Notes: a model not told the origin generated them from the sequence alone. 64,000 bases of DNA from Thermodesulfobacteriota bacterium (GCA_963675595.2 CAXXLZ010000002.1:2656001-2720000), one strand, 5' to 3'; counted from the stretch's first letter, positions 9,396 to 19,778 are shown. Numbers and translations are program-made.

Positions 9396-11270
9396 TTAGT
9401 CGATCAACGGAATAATGTCTTTCTTCATGGTCGACCATTCAGCGCTCTTGGGATCGTATTTAATGTTGGCGAAGCACTTCCAGTTGGTTTCGTCCATCTT
9501 CGGACAATCCGCGCGGAAGTAGTAACCGGGCCAACGGGTCTCTTCGCGGAAGAGGATGGTCCGTACGTGCGCTTCGGCCTGCCACATACGATGGATATTT
9601 TCCCAGCAGCGTTCCAGTTCGTAGCGGCTGGAGGCGCCCAGCTTCTCGGCGTCTTCTTTGAGGAAGGCCAGCAATTCGAGGCCGCGTTCACACAGTTTGG
9701 CGCTGGTCTTGAACTGGCTGGTCACGCCGCCCGCGTATTCGTCCATGATCTTCTGCAGACGATACATGAACTGCATGGGCTTGCCGAAGTTGGGGTTGAT
9801 GTTGGGATCGCTGGACATGGCCTGATGTTTCTCGAACAGGTCCAGAGGATTGAGGATCTTGGCCTTGAGGGCGTCGATGGTCGCCGCGTCCACTTTGGGC
9901 ATATCCGCGTTGTCCTTCGCGAATTTCACCATGGCCTTGCCGGCGATGCGGCCTTCGGCATGGGAACCCGAGGAGAACTTATGGCTGGAGGCGCCGGAGG
10001 CGTCGCCGGCCGCGAACAGACCCTTGACCGTCGTCATGTTGGGGTAGCCCCACTTGTACTCGGCGGGAGCGATGTCTTCGGGACCGCTCACCCAGGCGCC
10101 GGAAGCACCGGAGTGGGAACCGATGAAGTAGGGTTCACAGGCCGCGATTTCGGAGCGGCTCTCTTCGGGGGCGATGTTCTGGGAAGCCCAGAGCAGGGCC
10201 TGGGAGATGGTCATATCCAGGAAGTCTTCCCAAGCCTCGGACTCGAGGTGTTTCATCTTCTTCTTGAAAGCCTTCTCGTCGGGCTCGTTGTCCGCGATCT
10301 TCTTGATGGCTTCGGCGGTTTCCATGTATAGCGGCCCAAGGCCCGCATCCACGTCCAACATGCCGAGGTAGTTCCTCAGGTTGGCCGGAATCGGCTTGGC
10401 CAATCCGTAGGGGGCCCAATTCTGCAGCTCGTCCTTGCGCACGGCCATGTACTCGCCGCCGCTGGCGCTCGTCGCACGGGACTTGAACAGCAGGAACCAC
10501 GCACCGACCGGACCGTAAGCGTCTTTGAAGCGGACCGGAATGAAGCGGACTTCCTGACAGGTCATTTCCGCGCCGGCGCGGATGGTGAAGTAGGCGCTGG
10601 AGCCGGTGTTGAAGGGCGGATACCAGGAACGGCCGAGACCTTCACCCACGGACCGCGGACGGAACACGTGCACGGCGCCGCCCATGGAGGCCAGAACGAC
10701 TTTCGCCTTGAAGACGTAGAACTTATTCTCGCGCGTGCTGAAGCCCACGGCGCCGGCGATGCGATCGCCGTCCATGAGGGGTTCCACGATGAACACGCGT
10801 TCATAGATGTTGTCGGTGCCCAAGGCGTTCTTGGCGGCTTCAGCGACGATCACTTTGTAGGATTCGCCGTTGATCATGATCTGCCACCGGCCTTCATGCA
10901 CGTACTTGCCGTTTTCATCCTTCCAAATGGGGAGGCCCCATTTTTCGAACAGATGCACCGTACCGTCCACGTGACGGGCGATGTTGTAAACCAAGTCTTC
11001 ACGGGAGACGCCCATGAGGTCCTGACGGACGTAATGGACATAGTCTTCCACCGTATTGGCGCCTTCGTTGATGCCGACGTACTGGTTGATGGCGGAGAGG
11101 CCCATGGCCACAGCGCCGGAGCGGTCAAAAGCGGCCTTGTCCACCAACGTGACCTTCAGGCCTTCCTTCTTCGCCCAATAAGCGGCCTCGACAGCAGCGC
11201 CGGCCGCGGCCATACCACCGCCACAAATCAGGATATCAGTGGTGACCTCTATAGTTTCCCAATTCGCCAT
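9396..11270 (-). CDS. aprA: Adenylylsulfate (APS) reductase alpha subunit
   Basis: RSGAVAMGLSAIN, GRWQIMINGESYK, RFKDAYGPVGAWFL, HKFSSGSHAEGR and REETRWPGYY motifs. Confidence 0.98.
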   Translation of the reverse strand: MANWETIEVTTDILICGGGMAAAGAAVEAAYWAKKEGLKVTLVDKAAFDRSGAVAMGLSAINQYVGINEGANTVEDYVHYVRQDLMGVSREDLVYNIARHVDGTVHLFEKWGLPIWKDENGKYVHEGRWQIMINGESYKVIVAEAAKNALGTDNIYERVFIVEPLMDGDRIAGAVGFSTRENKFYVFKAKVVLASMGGAVHVFRPRSVGEGLGRSWYPPFNTGSSAYFTIRAGAEMTCQEVRFIPVRFKDAYGPVGAWFLLFKSRATSASGGEYMAVRKDELQNWAPYGLAKPIPANLRNYLGMLDVDAGLGPLYMETAEAIKKIADNEPDEKAFKKKMKHLESEAWEDFLDMTISQALLWASQNIAPEESRSEIAACEPYFIGSHSGASGAWVSGPEDIAPAEYKWGYPNMTTVKGLFAAGDASGASSHKFSSGSHAEGRIAGKAMVKFAKDNADMPKVDAATIDALKAKILNPLDLFEKHQAMSSDPNINPNFGKPMQFMYRLQKIMDEYAGGVTSQFKTSAKLCERGLELLAFLKEDAEKLGASSRYELERCWENIHRMWQAEAHVRTILFREETRWPGYYFRADCPKMDETNWKCFANIKYDPKSAEWSTMKKDIIPLID

Positions 11271-11320
11271 TACTTTACCTCCTCAATTATATGCAGTTGC
11301 TTGGGTATGCCCGATATGGC

Positions 11321-11758
11321 TCACAGGGCGGGCAGCTTGTCGAGCTTGAGGGAAGCCGGCTCGGTCATCAACAGTTCGTCGCCCAGAGCGCCGGCGCCGT
11401 CACCGAATCCGCCTAGCGGTTCAGCGGTACCTTCAGCGGTGGTCCGGATGGGGAACTTGAACCTTTTCACCGTACCGTTGCGGAACTTGACCGTCCACAT
11501 GATGGAGTCGCTGCCGCGCAGAGGCACCACGCTCGCGCCCATGGGCATGAAATCTGCGTAGCCGCGGACGTCGATGGCTTGCTGGGGGCAAATCTTAACG
11601 CAGTTGTAGCATTCCCAGCACAGGGAAGGATCCTGGTTGTAGGCCTTCATTTTGTCCTTATCCAAAACCATCAGGTCTTGCGGGCAGATGTACATGCAAG
11701 CGGTCTTGTCCTGACCCTTGCAACCATCGCACTTCTCCAAAATGACATAACTCGGCAT
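11321..11758 (-). CDS. aprB: APS reductase beta subunit
   Basis: CDGCK...CMYICP, CWECYNCVKICP, RGYADF and RFKFPIRTT motifs. Confidence 0.98.
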   Translation of the reverse strand: MPSYVILEKCDGCKGQDKTACMYICPQDLMVLDKDKMKAYNQDPSLCWECYNCVKICPQQAIDVRGYADFMPMGASVVPLRGSDSIMWTVKFRNGTVKRFKFPIRTTAEGTAEPLGGFGDGAGALGDELLMTEPASLKLDKLPAL

Positions 11759-12178
11759 CGTTTGTCCTCCTGAACATTACAGTTTCATATCAGTTGGGTT
11801 GAGTGTTTCCGTAATGGGCAAAATACAGAAGTTTGCCGCACCTCCTTTCCTCAGGTTGGGTCGCCGACGGACCGGCTTACATAAAATCACAAAAAGACGG
11901 GAAAACCGGTTGGTACCATGAAAACAGGGATCCACTCGGTGATGCTTCCGATTGTTCACTCCCGTCCCGAACTTGCATCACGACAGCATTTCCCGGACGC
12001 CCTTCGCCGGACTCCGTCTCGCGGAGCCCCGGGCCGTTTCCCGTTTCACTTGCCTGAACGCGTGCCGTCAAGAGCATCAAGAAGATTCTGTTTGCGCGAG
12101 GCCCCACAGGAAGCCCTTCCGGCCCCCCGAGACCGTTTCGCATGAAAAAGAGCGGACCCCTGATTAGGGCATCTCACT

Positions 12179-12196
12179 TTGTGCATTTTTGTACAA
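12179..12196. promoter_or_regulatory. Putative Rex operator upstream of aprB
   Basis: TTGTGCATTTTTGTACAA resembles the Rex palindrome TTGTGAA-N4-TTCACAA. It overlaps the -10/+1 region of a minus-strand promoter with TTGACA at 12217-12222. Confidence 0.55.
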
Positions 12197-12585
12197 ATAC
12201 CCAAAGAGCCATGGGATGTCAAGTAAAAAAGGCGCCTTCCACTCCCATTCAACTAGGCTTCCCGGCACCCTTACTCCACCCCACAACCCTCTTGAAGTAC
12301 AAGATATGGTAGCCCCCAAGCGGTTGCCACCAAATGAGGGATGTATCGAATATGACCGAACATTCGGCAAAAACCTACCTCCCTCGCTGCGTCAAGTCAA
12401 GAAAAAGAATAAATAAATCACAATCTCTCCAACAACGTCGGCTTTCCCGAAAACGCGCCGGCGTTTTTTCGGGTCCGCGCTTTCTCCTGAACGGACGCCT
12501 CACCGGCCGTCGACGACCCTTGAGCTCCACTTGATTTACTTAGACATCCCGGTCGTCGAAAAGTGAAATTCAGCGCAATACCTTC

Positions 12586-12614
12586 TTGACAAACCCCTTT
12601 CCTTTCCCTATGCT
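12586..12614 (+). promoter_or_regulatory. sigma70 promoter for sat
   Basis: TTGACA-17 nt-TATGCT. Confidence 0.65.
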
Positions 12615-12824
12615 CCCAACGTCTAAAAGGGACTCGAAGAGGCCGAAGTTTGGAGAGCTCCTTTTCCAGACGGATGCCCGGAGCGACCTTTCCGGATCGA
12701 CCGGGGCGAAATGCCGCCAAGAATCGTCACCAACGGGTTGGCGCACCGACCAGGCAATATGGTCTTCGGATCCGCCTTTTCAGGAGGCTCGGGCCAAGGA
12801 TAGGTCATTATTTTTTTGCTGAAG

Positions 12825-12842
12825 ACGTGAAAAATTTTACAA
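12825..12842. promoter_or_regulatory. Putative Rex operator upstream of sat
   Basis: ACGTGAAAAATTTTACAA, just upstream of the GGGAGG RBS. Rex control of sat is established in Desulfovibrio. Confidence 0.55.
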
Positions 12843-12862
12843 GCTAATGGGAGGATCGACAC

Positions 12863-14056
12863 ATGATTAAACCGCACGGGTCCGATACCCTGCATCCGCT
12901 GTATGTTATGGACGACAAAATGAGAGAAGATCTGGCCAACGAGGCCAAAGGTCTTCCCTCCATCGTCGTTTCCTCGGCCGCGGCGGCCAATGCCGTTATG
13001 CTCGGCGGCGGCTACTTCAACCCCCTCACCGGCTACATGAATCTAGCGGACTCCATCTCCGTGTGCGAAAAAATGCGCACCGGCAGCGGCCTGTTCTGGC
13101 CCGTCCCCGTCGTTAACGTGGTCCCCGACGCTTCCTCCCTCAAGGTCGGACAGCGCATTGCCCTTCGCGACCCCAACGTGGCCGGCAATCCCGTTCTCGC
13201 CGTCATGGAAATTCAGGGAATCGAAGAAGCCAACGACGACCAGATGAAACTCATGACCGAAAAAATCTTCCGCACCCTGGATAATGAACACCCCGGGGTC
13301 AAGGCCTACAATTCCGTGGGCCGCTTCTTCCTGTCCGGTCCCATCAAGGTCCTCAACTTCTCCTACTTCGAAAAGGACTTCCCGGGAACCTTCAAGACCG
13401 CCTATCAGATTCGCGAGGAAATGGGCAAACTGGGTTGGGAAAAGATCGTGGCCTTCCAGACCCGCAATCCCATGCACCGTGCCCATGAAGAGCTGTGCCG
13501 CATGGCCGCCAAGGCCGTGAGCGCCGACGGTATCCTGATTCACATGCTCCTCGGCAAGCTCAAAGCCGGCGACATCCCCGCCGACGTCCGCGACGCCTGC
13601 ATCCGCAAGATGGTGGAACTCTACTTTGAGCCCAACACCGTCATGGTCACGGGCTACGGCTTCGACATGCTGTACGCCGGTCCCCGCGAAGGCGTGCTCC
13701 ACGCCGTGTTCCGCCAGAACACCGGCTGCACCCATTTCATCGTCGGCCGCGACCACGCCGGAGTGGGCGATTACTACGGCCCCTTCGACGCTCAGACGAT
13801 CTTCGACGACGAAGTACCCGCCGGCGCCATGGAAATCGAAATCTTCAAGGCCGACCATACCGCATGGTCCAAGAAGCTCGGCCGCGTGGTCATGATGCGG
13901 GACGTTCCCGATCATACCAAGGACGATTTCATCCTTCTGTCCGGTACCAAGGTCCGCGCCATGCTGGGTGAAGGCCAGGCTCCGCCCCCGGAATTCTCCC
14001 GTCCCGAAGTGGCGAAGATTCTCATGGACTACTACCAGTCCATCGACAAGAAGTAA
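12863..14056 (+). CDS. sat: Sulfate adenylyltransferase (ATP sulfurylase)
   Basis: AFQTRNPMHRAHE, YAGPRE, GRDHAGVG and LSGTKVR motifs. Confidence 0.98.
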   Translation: MIKPHGSDTLHPLYVMDDKMREDLANEAKGLPSIVVSSAAAANAVMLGGGYFNPLTGYMNLADSISVCEKMRTGSGLFWPVPVVNVVPDASSLKVGQRIALRDPNVAGNPVLAVMEIQGIEEANDDQMKLMTEKIFRTLDNEHPGVKAYNSVGRFFLSGPIKVLNFSYFEKDFPGTFKTAYQIREEMGKLGWEKIVAFQTRNPMHRAHEELCRMAAKAVSADGILIHMLLGKLKAGDIPADVRDACIRKMVELYFEPNTVMVTGYGFDMLYAGPREGVLHAVFRQNTGCTHFIVGRDHAGVGDYYGPFDAQTIFDDEVPAGAMEIEIFKADHTAWSKKLGRVVMMRDVPDHTKDDFILLSGTKVRAMLGEGQAPPPEFSRPEVAKILMDYYQSIDKK

Positions 14057-14068
14057 TCTCGACTTCGA

Positions 14069-14100
14069 AAAGCCGGCCTTCGGGCCGGCTTTCCTCTTTC
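14069..14100 (+). terminator. Intrinsic terminator after sat
   Basis: AAAGCCGGCC-TTCG-GGCCGGCTTT followed by a pyrimidine tract. Confidence 0.8.
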
Positions 14101-14295
14101 TCCACCTCTCCCTTATCCTGAAGTGCCTCCAGCGGCTCTCGCCCCCCGGCAACGCACCTAATATTCCGTTGACATACTCCTCGCAATCCTTTTACATTGC
14201 GGGGTGCACATTCATGCTGTCCCTCATCGCGGACCCGTTTTCCACCGGTCCGAACGACTGTCATTTCCGTTTTAATCCATCCGGAGGAGCTTCCT

Positions 14296-15084
14296 ATGAG
14301 CTACGAAAATATTTTGTTCGAAAAAGAGGAAAACATCGCGATCATCACGTTCAACCGTCCCGAAGCCATGAACTCCATCAACCCCGACGTGGTGAGGGAG
14401 CTGGAATCCGCCCTGGACGCCGTGGCCGCCGATGAGGAAATCAAAGTGGTGATTCTCACGGGCGCCGGGGACAAGGCTTTCGTGGCCGGTGCGGACATCA
14501 AGCACATGAGCGAACTCACGGCCCTTCAGGCCAAGGTCTTCGCCGCCGCGGGCCAGGAAGTCCTGTTCAAACTCCAGTATCTTCACACCCCCACCATTGC
14601 CGCGGTCAACGGCTTCGCTCTGGGCGGCGGCCTCGAAATCGCCATGTCCTGCGACTTCATCTACGCTGCGGACAGAGCCAAATTCGGGCAGCCGGAAATC
14701 AACCTGGGCGTCATCCCCGGATGGGGCGGAACCCAGCGCCTGACCCGCCTCGTGGGAAAGGCCGTGGCCAAGGAACTCTGCTTGACCGGCGCCATCATCA
14801 AGGCGGATGAAGCCCTCTCCATCGGCCTCATTAATAAGGTGTTCCCCAAGGACGACCTCATGGCCGAAACCAAAAAGGTCGCCAAGCTCATGGCGTCCAA
14901 AAGCCGCATCGCTTTGCGCGCCATCAAACACTCCGTCGATCGGGGTTTCGATATGGACCTCAGAAACGCCATGGCCTACGAAGTGGAATCCTTTGCCATG
15001 TGTTTCTCCGGTGAAGACCGCGCGGAAGGAATGAAGGCCTTCATCGAGAAGCGGACCCCCGAATTCAAAGGGACGCTCAAGTAA
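14296..15084 (+). CDS. crt: Enoyl-CoA hydratase (crotonase)
   Basis: AFVAGADI, GFALGGGLE and FGQPEINLG motifs. GGAGG RBS before the ATG at 14296. Confidence 0.92.
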   Translation: MSYENILFEKEENIAIITFNRPEAMNSINPDVVRELESALDAVAADEEIKVVILTGAGDKAFVAGADIKHMSELTALQAKVFAAAGQEVLFKLQYLHTPTIAAVNGFALGGGLEIAMSCDFIYAADRAKFGQPEINLGVIPGWGGTQRLTRLVGKAVAKELCLTGAIIKADEALSIGLINKVFPKDDLMAETKKVAKLMASKSRIALRAIKHSVDRGFDMDLRNAMAYEVESFAMCFSGEDRAEGMKAFIEKRTPEFKGTLK

Positions 15085-15102
15085 GTCAGTGGGAGAAGCT
15101 CC

Positions 15103-16251
15103 ATGAACTTTGAACTTACCGAAGAGCAACGCATGGTCCAGGAAACGGCCCGACGCTTCGCCGAGGCTGAAATCCGTCCAGTGGCCGCCGAGCTCGACCG
15201 AACACATAAACACCCCGAGGAAATCTGCCGCAAATTGGGCGAGCTCAATTTCATGGGCATCGCCGTGCCCGAGGAATACGGCGGCGCCGGCATGGACAAC
15301 GTGAGCTACGCCTTGGCTCTCATCGAGATATCCAAAGCCTGTGCGTCCACCGGGGTGATCATGAGTGTGAACAACTCCCTGTACTGCTTCCCGGTGAGTT
15401 TCTACGGCACTCATGAACAGAAGATGAAGTATCTGGTCCCCGTGGCTTCCGGAGAAAGAATCGGTTGTTACGGTCTTACGGAACCCAATGCGGGATCCGA
15501 TCCCGCCAGCATGCGAACCACGGCCGAAGAGGTCTCCAACGGTTGGCTCGTCAACGGAACCAAACGATTCATCACCAGCGGCAATGTGGCATCTCACTGC
15601 GTCCTCGCCGCCGTGACCGACAAAGAAAAAGGATATCGGGGAATCAGCAGTTTCATCGTCAACCTCAAGGAAACCGAGGGATTCTCCGTGGGAAAGATCG
15701 AGGAGAAGCTCGGCATCCGCGCCTCAGGCACCTCCGAGCTCATCTTCGAAAACGCCCTTCTCCCCAAAGACGCGCTGCTGGGCAAACCGGGCGAGGGATT
15801 CAAACAGATGCTCACCACCCTGGACGGCGGCCGCATCGGCATTGCCGCCCAAGCCGTGGGCATCGGCCGTGCCGTGCTCGAAGAAGCCCTCGAGTACTCC
15901 AAGACGAGGGAACAATTCGGCAAGCCCATTGCCGGCTTCCAGGCCATCCAATGGAAGCTCGCCGACATGGCGACCCAATTGGACGCCGCCGAACTCCTGA
16001 CCCTTCGAGCCGCCTATTTGGAGGACAACCACAAACCCTATGAACGTGCCGCCGCCATGGCCAAAATGTTCGCTTCCGACACCGCGATGCACGCGGCCAT
16101 CGAAGGCGTCCAGATATTGGGCGGGTATGGCTATTGCCAGGAATACCCCATGGAAAGGCACATGCGCGATGCCAAGATCTGTCAGATCTACGAAGGCACC
16201 AACGAGATCATGCGACTGGTCATCGCCAACAATCTAATCAAAGGCAAGTAA
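15103..16251 (+). CDS. Acyl-CoA dehydrogenase (butyryl-CoA dehydrogenase-like)
   Basis: LTEPNAGSD, GTKRFIT, REQFGKPI and QIYEGTNEI motifs. Confidence 0.95.
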   Translation: MNFELTEEQRMVQETARRFAEAEIRPVAAELDRTHKHPEEICRKLGELNFMGIAVPEEYGGAGMDNVSYALALIEISKACASTGVIMSVNNSLYCFPVSFYGTHEQKMKYLVPVASGERIGCYGLTEPNAGSDPASMRTTAEEVSNGWLVNGTKRFITSGNVASHCVLAAVTDKEKGYRGISSFIVNLKETEGFSVGKIEEKLGIRASGTSELIFENALLPKDALLGKPGEGFKQMLTTLDGGRIGIAAQAVGIGRAVLEEALEYSKTREQFGKPIAGFQAIQWKLADMATQLDAAELLTLRAAYLEDNHKPYERAAAMAKMFASDTAMHAAIEGVQILGGYGYCQEYPMERHMRDAKICQIYEGTNEIMRLVIANNLIKGK

Positions 16252-16271
16252 CCGCACACGGCATCACAGCG

Positions 16272-16294
16272 GGGGGACTTCGGTCCCCCTTTTT
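16272..16294 (+). terminator. Intrinsic terminator
   Basis: GGGGGAC-TTCG-GTCCCCC-TTTTT. Confidence 0.8.
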
Positions 16295-16457
16295 CGTGGC
16301 GGCTTTCCCAAAAGCCTTTCACCGGAAGGGAACTCGTCGGCGACCTCTTTGGTCTTGAACTCCCGTTTCGGAACCCATGGGCCCGGCGCCGGCCGGAAGG
16401 ATCCTCATCCCGGTTCGAGCCCGGTTCTTCCGTCCAACCCATAGGAGCACCTCATCC

Positions 16458-17012
16458 ATGGCCAAGCGCAAATACCTCCCACTTGGGCGCCGGCTGCGCC
16501 GGCTTCGAGAGGAAAAGGGGCTTTCCCTCCAAAACCTCGCCAACGAGACGGGATTCAACACAACCTTTCTCGAAGACATCGAAGAGGAAAAGCGAATTCC
16601 CCCCGTAGGGGCTCTGCTCAAGGTGGCGCGGGCACTGGGGGTGGAAAGCGGGTTCTTTCTCAAAGAAGAAAAAGACGAATTGGACGCCGCCGCCGAACGG
16701 AGACAGGAAGAAACTCGAAAGCGTACGGAGAGCTACTCCTACCGCATGCTCACCCAGGACGCGGCGAACAAGCACCTCAAAGGGTTCCACATCACCATCG
16801 ACCCCCGATCTCATCATGCCGGTCCCTCCTACCAGCATGAAGGAGAGGAATTCGTTTATGTGCTCAAGGGCGAAGTGGAGGTGACCGTGGGGGAAAACCT
16901 CAATCATCTTCGGCTGGGGGACAGCCTTCATTTCAACTCCTCCATCATACACAAGCTCCGCAATCCGGGAGATGAGGCCACGGAGCTGTTGGTGGTCCTC
17001 TACACTCCGTAG
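16458..17012 (+). CDS. XRE-family HTH transcriptional regulator with cupin domain
   Basis: N-terminal HTH_3 (LRRLREEKGLSLQNLA) and C-terminal cupin (HEGEEFVYVLKG). Confidence 0.9.
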   Translation: MAKRKYLPLGRRLRRLREEKGLSLQNLANETGFNTTFLEDIEEEKRIPPVGALLKVARALGVESGFFLKEEKDELDAAAERRQEETRKRTESYSYRMLTQDAANKHLKGFHITIDPRSHHAGPSYQHEGEEFVYVLKGEVEVTVGENLNHLRLGDSLHFNSSIIHKLRNPGDEATELLVVLYTP

Positions 17013-17143
17013 CAGGCCGCCGGAAAACGCGATCTGCGGCAGCACCGCCCGGGAGTTTTGTTCAATGAGCCGCATTTCAGGTTTTCCAGGCCGGAGGGTG
17101 CCGGCCGAAGCCGACCCGAATCTTATCTGATCTCGGAGGACGT

Positions 17144-18283
17144 ATGTCCGTGACACTGACGGAAGAGCATCGAATGATTCAAAGCATGGCCCGGGACTTC
17201 GCTCGAAACGAACTCCTGCCCACGGCCGCCGAGCGCGACCGCACCAAGGAATTCCCCCGGGAAAATCTGCGTAAGATGGCGGAACTGGGGTTCCTGGGCA
17301 TGACCGTGCCCGAGGAATACGGCGGCGCAGGTCTGGATACGGTGAGCTACGCGCTGGCACTCACCGAAATCGCGTATGCCTGCGCGTCCACCGCGGTGGT
17401 CATGAGCGTGCATAACTCCATTGTGTGCGAATCCATGAACCGCTACGGCTCCGACGAACTCAAGGCCAAGTACCTCGGCGCCCTCACTTCCGGCGAAATC
17501 ATCGGCTCCTTCGCCCTTACGGAAGCGGGGGCCGGTTCGGACCCCTCCAGTCAGCGTACCACCGCCTCTCAGGACGGAGACCAGTGGGTCCTCAACGGCT
17601 CCAAGCAGTTCATCACCACCGGTCTGAATTCGGGCATCACCGTGGTCACGGCCTATACGGACAAGACCCGAAAACATCGCGGCATCAGCGCCTTTGTGGT
17701 GGAAAAGGGCTCTCCGGGGTTCTCCGTGGGCAGGATGGAGGAAAAGCTGGGACTTCGCGCCTCGGACACCACGGAACTCATCTTCGAAAACTGCCTCGTA
17801 CCTCAAGGAAACCTCCTGGGCAAAGAGGGAGAAGGCTTCCGCATCGCCATGACCAGTCTGGACTGCGGGCGCATCGGCATTGCCTGTCAATCCGTGGGGG
17901 TGGCCCAGGCCGCCCTGGACGCCTCCGTGCACTACGCCAAGGAGAGGGAGCAGTTCGGCAAGCCCATTGCCGAGTTTCAGGGGCTTCGCTGGATGATGGC
18001 GGACATGGCCGTGGAAATCGAAGCGGCCCGGCTCATGGCTTTAAACGCGGCCCAACTCAAGGACCAGGGCGAACGCTTCACCCAGGAAGCCTCCATGGCC
18101 AAGCTCTTCGCATCGGAAATGGTCAACCGAGTGACGTACAAGGCCATCCAGATTCACGGCGGATACGGTTACATTCAGGAATTCCCGGTGGAGCGTTTCT
18201 ACAGGGACGCCCGGGTGTTCACCATCTATGAAGGCACGTCGGAAATCCAGCGCGTGGTGATTTCCAACAACCTGCTGCGCTAG
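17144..18283 (+). CDS. Acyl-CoA dehydrogenase (second paralogue)
   Basis: LTEAGAGSD, GSKQFIT, REQFGKPI and IYEGTSEIQR motifs. Confidence 0.95.
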   Translation: MSVTLTEEHRMIQSMARDFARNELLPTAAERDRTKEFPRENLRKMAELGFLGMTVPEEYGGAGLDTVSYALALTEIAYACASTAVVMSVHNSIVCESMNRYGSDELKAKYLGALTSGEIIGSFALTEAGAGSDPSSQRTTASQDGDQWVLNGSKQFITTGLNSGITVVTAYTDKTRKHRGISAFVVEKGSPGFSVGRMEEKLGLRASDTTELIFENCLVPQGNLLGKEGEGFRIAMTSLDCGRIGIACQSVGVAQAALDASVHYAKEREQFGKPIAEFQGLRWMMADMAVEIEAARLMALNAAQLKDQGERFTQEASMAKLFASEMVNRVTYKAIQIHGGYGYIQEFPVERFYRDARVFTIYEGTSEIQRVVISNNLLR

Positions 18284-18608
18284 GGCACAACCACATCGAT
18301 CCGCAGTACCGGGGGGCGCTTTTGAAAAAGCGCCCTCGGCCCCCCCGGGAAAACTCGAAGCTTGGGCGCACCGCCGTCCGCGGGAGCGCCGTGCCCGGCT
18401 CGGCAAGAAGAAAATAATGTCGTTCCGTTCCGGCCGAGGATTCTCACAGTAGCGGGAAACGCCTCCCCACCCCGCCCTTCCGTTTGAAATCACCTACCTT
18501 GGACAGTCGTCCAACAGGGAATTTCCCCAACCCGAAGAGCAACCGTCATCTTCTTCTGTTAATTCCCGTTGACAAAATCGCCATGTTTGGACTACTTTCA
18601 CTCCCCGT

Positions 18609-18696
18609 GCCGGAGTGGTGAAACTGGTAGACGCGCTGGACTCAAAATCCAGTGGCCCTTGCGGCCGTGCCGGTTCGATTCCGGCCTCCGGCACCA
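18609..18696 (+). tRNA. tRNA-Leu (anticodon CAA)
   Basis: Acceptor stem GCCGGAG/CTCCGGC, anticodon arm CTGGA-CTCAAAA-TCCAG, long variable arm, GGTTCGATT T-loop and encoded CCA. TTGACA promoter at 18569. Confidence 0.97.
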
Positions 18697-18823
18697 GAAG
18701 ATCAGCGCGCTACACAAGGGGGCAAATTCCCGATACCCCAGAAAACCCCCGATGGTCGTCATTGGGTCGTCGTTTTCCAAGAGAAGAAGAACTCACCGCA
18801 TTTTCTCCTTACCTAAGCACGAC

Positions 18824-18852
18824 AAAGCCCCCTGCAAAGGGGGCTTTTTTTT
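18824..18852. terminator. Intrinsic terminator between the tRNA and the convergent gene
   Basis: AAAGCCCCCT-GCAA-AGGGGGCTTTTTTTT. Confidence 0.85.
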
Positions 18853-18886
18853 GCGGGTTTGTGCGCCGCTTCTATCCCGGCTCCTC

Positions 18887-19288
18887 CTATCCATTTCGAT
18901 CCCGTTCGGCTTCCCTCAAAGCCTCAAGCAAGACGTCCGGTTCCTTCACCTGGATTCGATTCATTAAGATTTCGGCCAAGTCTTGCTTTTTGAACCCATA
19001 TTTTTCCAGGGGTTCAAACGCACGTCGTAGATCACCGAGAATATCGTCCGCCATAGTCTCGGCGGCCTGCCACGCCCCGGAGTCCTTTAACGTCGCAACA
19101 TCATGAGCAAAAATATGGTGAATCATCGTCATCCGGTCCGCATTGAACGGAATATCGAATACCGACTTCCTGGCCTTGACCAAACGGACTTTCGGGTTGA
19201 TCACCCGGGTGCTTCCCAGAATGAGCATTCCGTCCTTCGCCTCAATGGGAACCTTCTCATTGGGGGCGAGCAACTTGATGTTCTCCAT
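18887..19288 (-). CDS. Hypothetical protein
   Basis: 133-aa ORF with protein-like composition and an upstream GGAGG. Ends near the terminator. No motif recognised. Confidence 0.6.
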   Translation of the reverse strand: MENIKLLAPNEKVPIEAKDGMLILGSTRVINPKVRLVKARKSVFDIPFNADRMTMIHHIFAHDVATLKDSGAWQAAETMADDILGDLRRAFEPLEKYGFKKQDLAEILMNRIQVKEPDVLLEALREAERDRNG

Positions 19289-19778
19289 CAAGCGGGACCC
19301 TCGGGACCATCCTCCGCTCCTACAGCTGAATCTCTTCTCATTACGGGATATTATGTCTCTCTTTGAACCTCCAAACATCTTAACATTTTGATATTGAACA
19401 ACTATCTCTCTGGTAATCTATGCGGGACGGCAATGGACGCCCAGAAAGTCATAGGCCTCTGGATGGGAGGAAGAGGGCTGAAAATCCTGGAAAATGCTCG
19501 ATACTAGTATCGACTAGCAGACTCTTTGATCGTTAGGCTTGTTCTTGTAGTATTCATGCGGGATGTTTAGATTCACCTGCTCCGGTAGTCCCGGCGCTCG
19601 AAATCCGTGGTCGCCTTATCAAACAACCGCACCTTGCAAGTCCCCTGCCGAGTGTGAAAGAATCGGGACGGCAGCGGCTGATTCTCCCCATCCGGATGCC
19701 ATTCTTTCTCGCAGAGCAAGACAACCACAGGATCGATCCGCATCCAAACAATTGGTGATGAGACGGAGCCGCACTATT

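Noticed and set aside
18494-19106. ORFs overlapping the tRNA
   Set aside because: They are translations of tRNA-Leu and its terminator.
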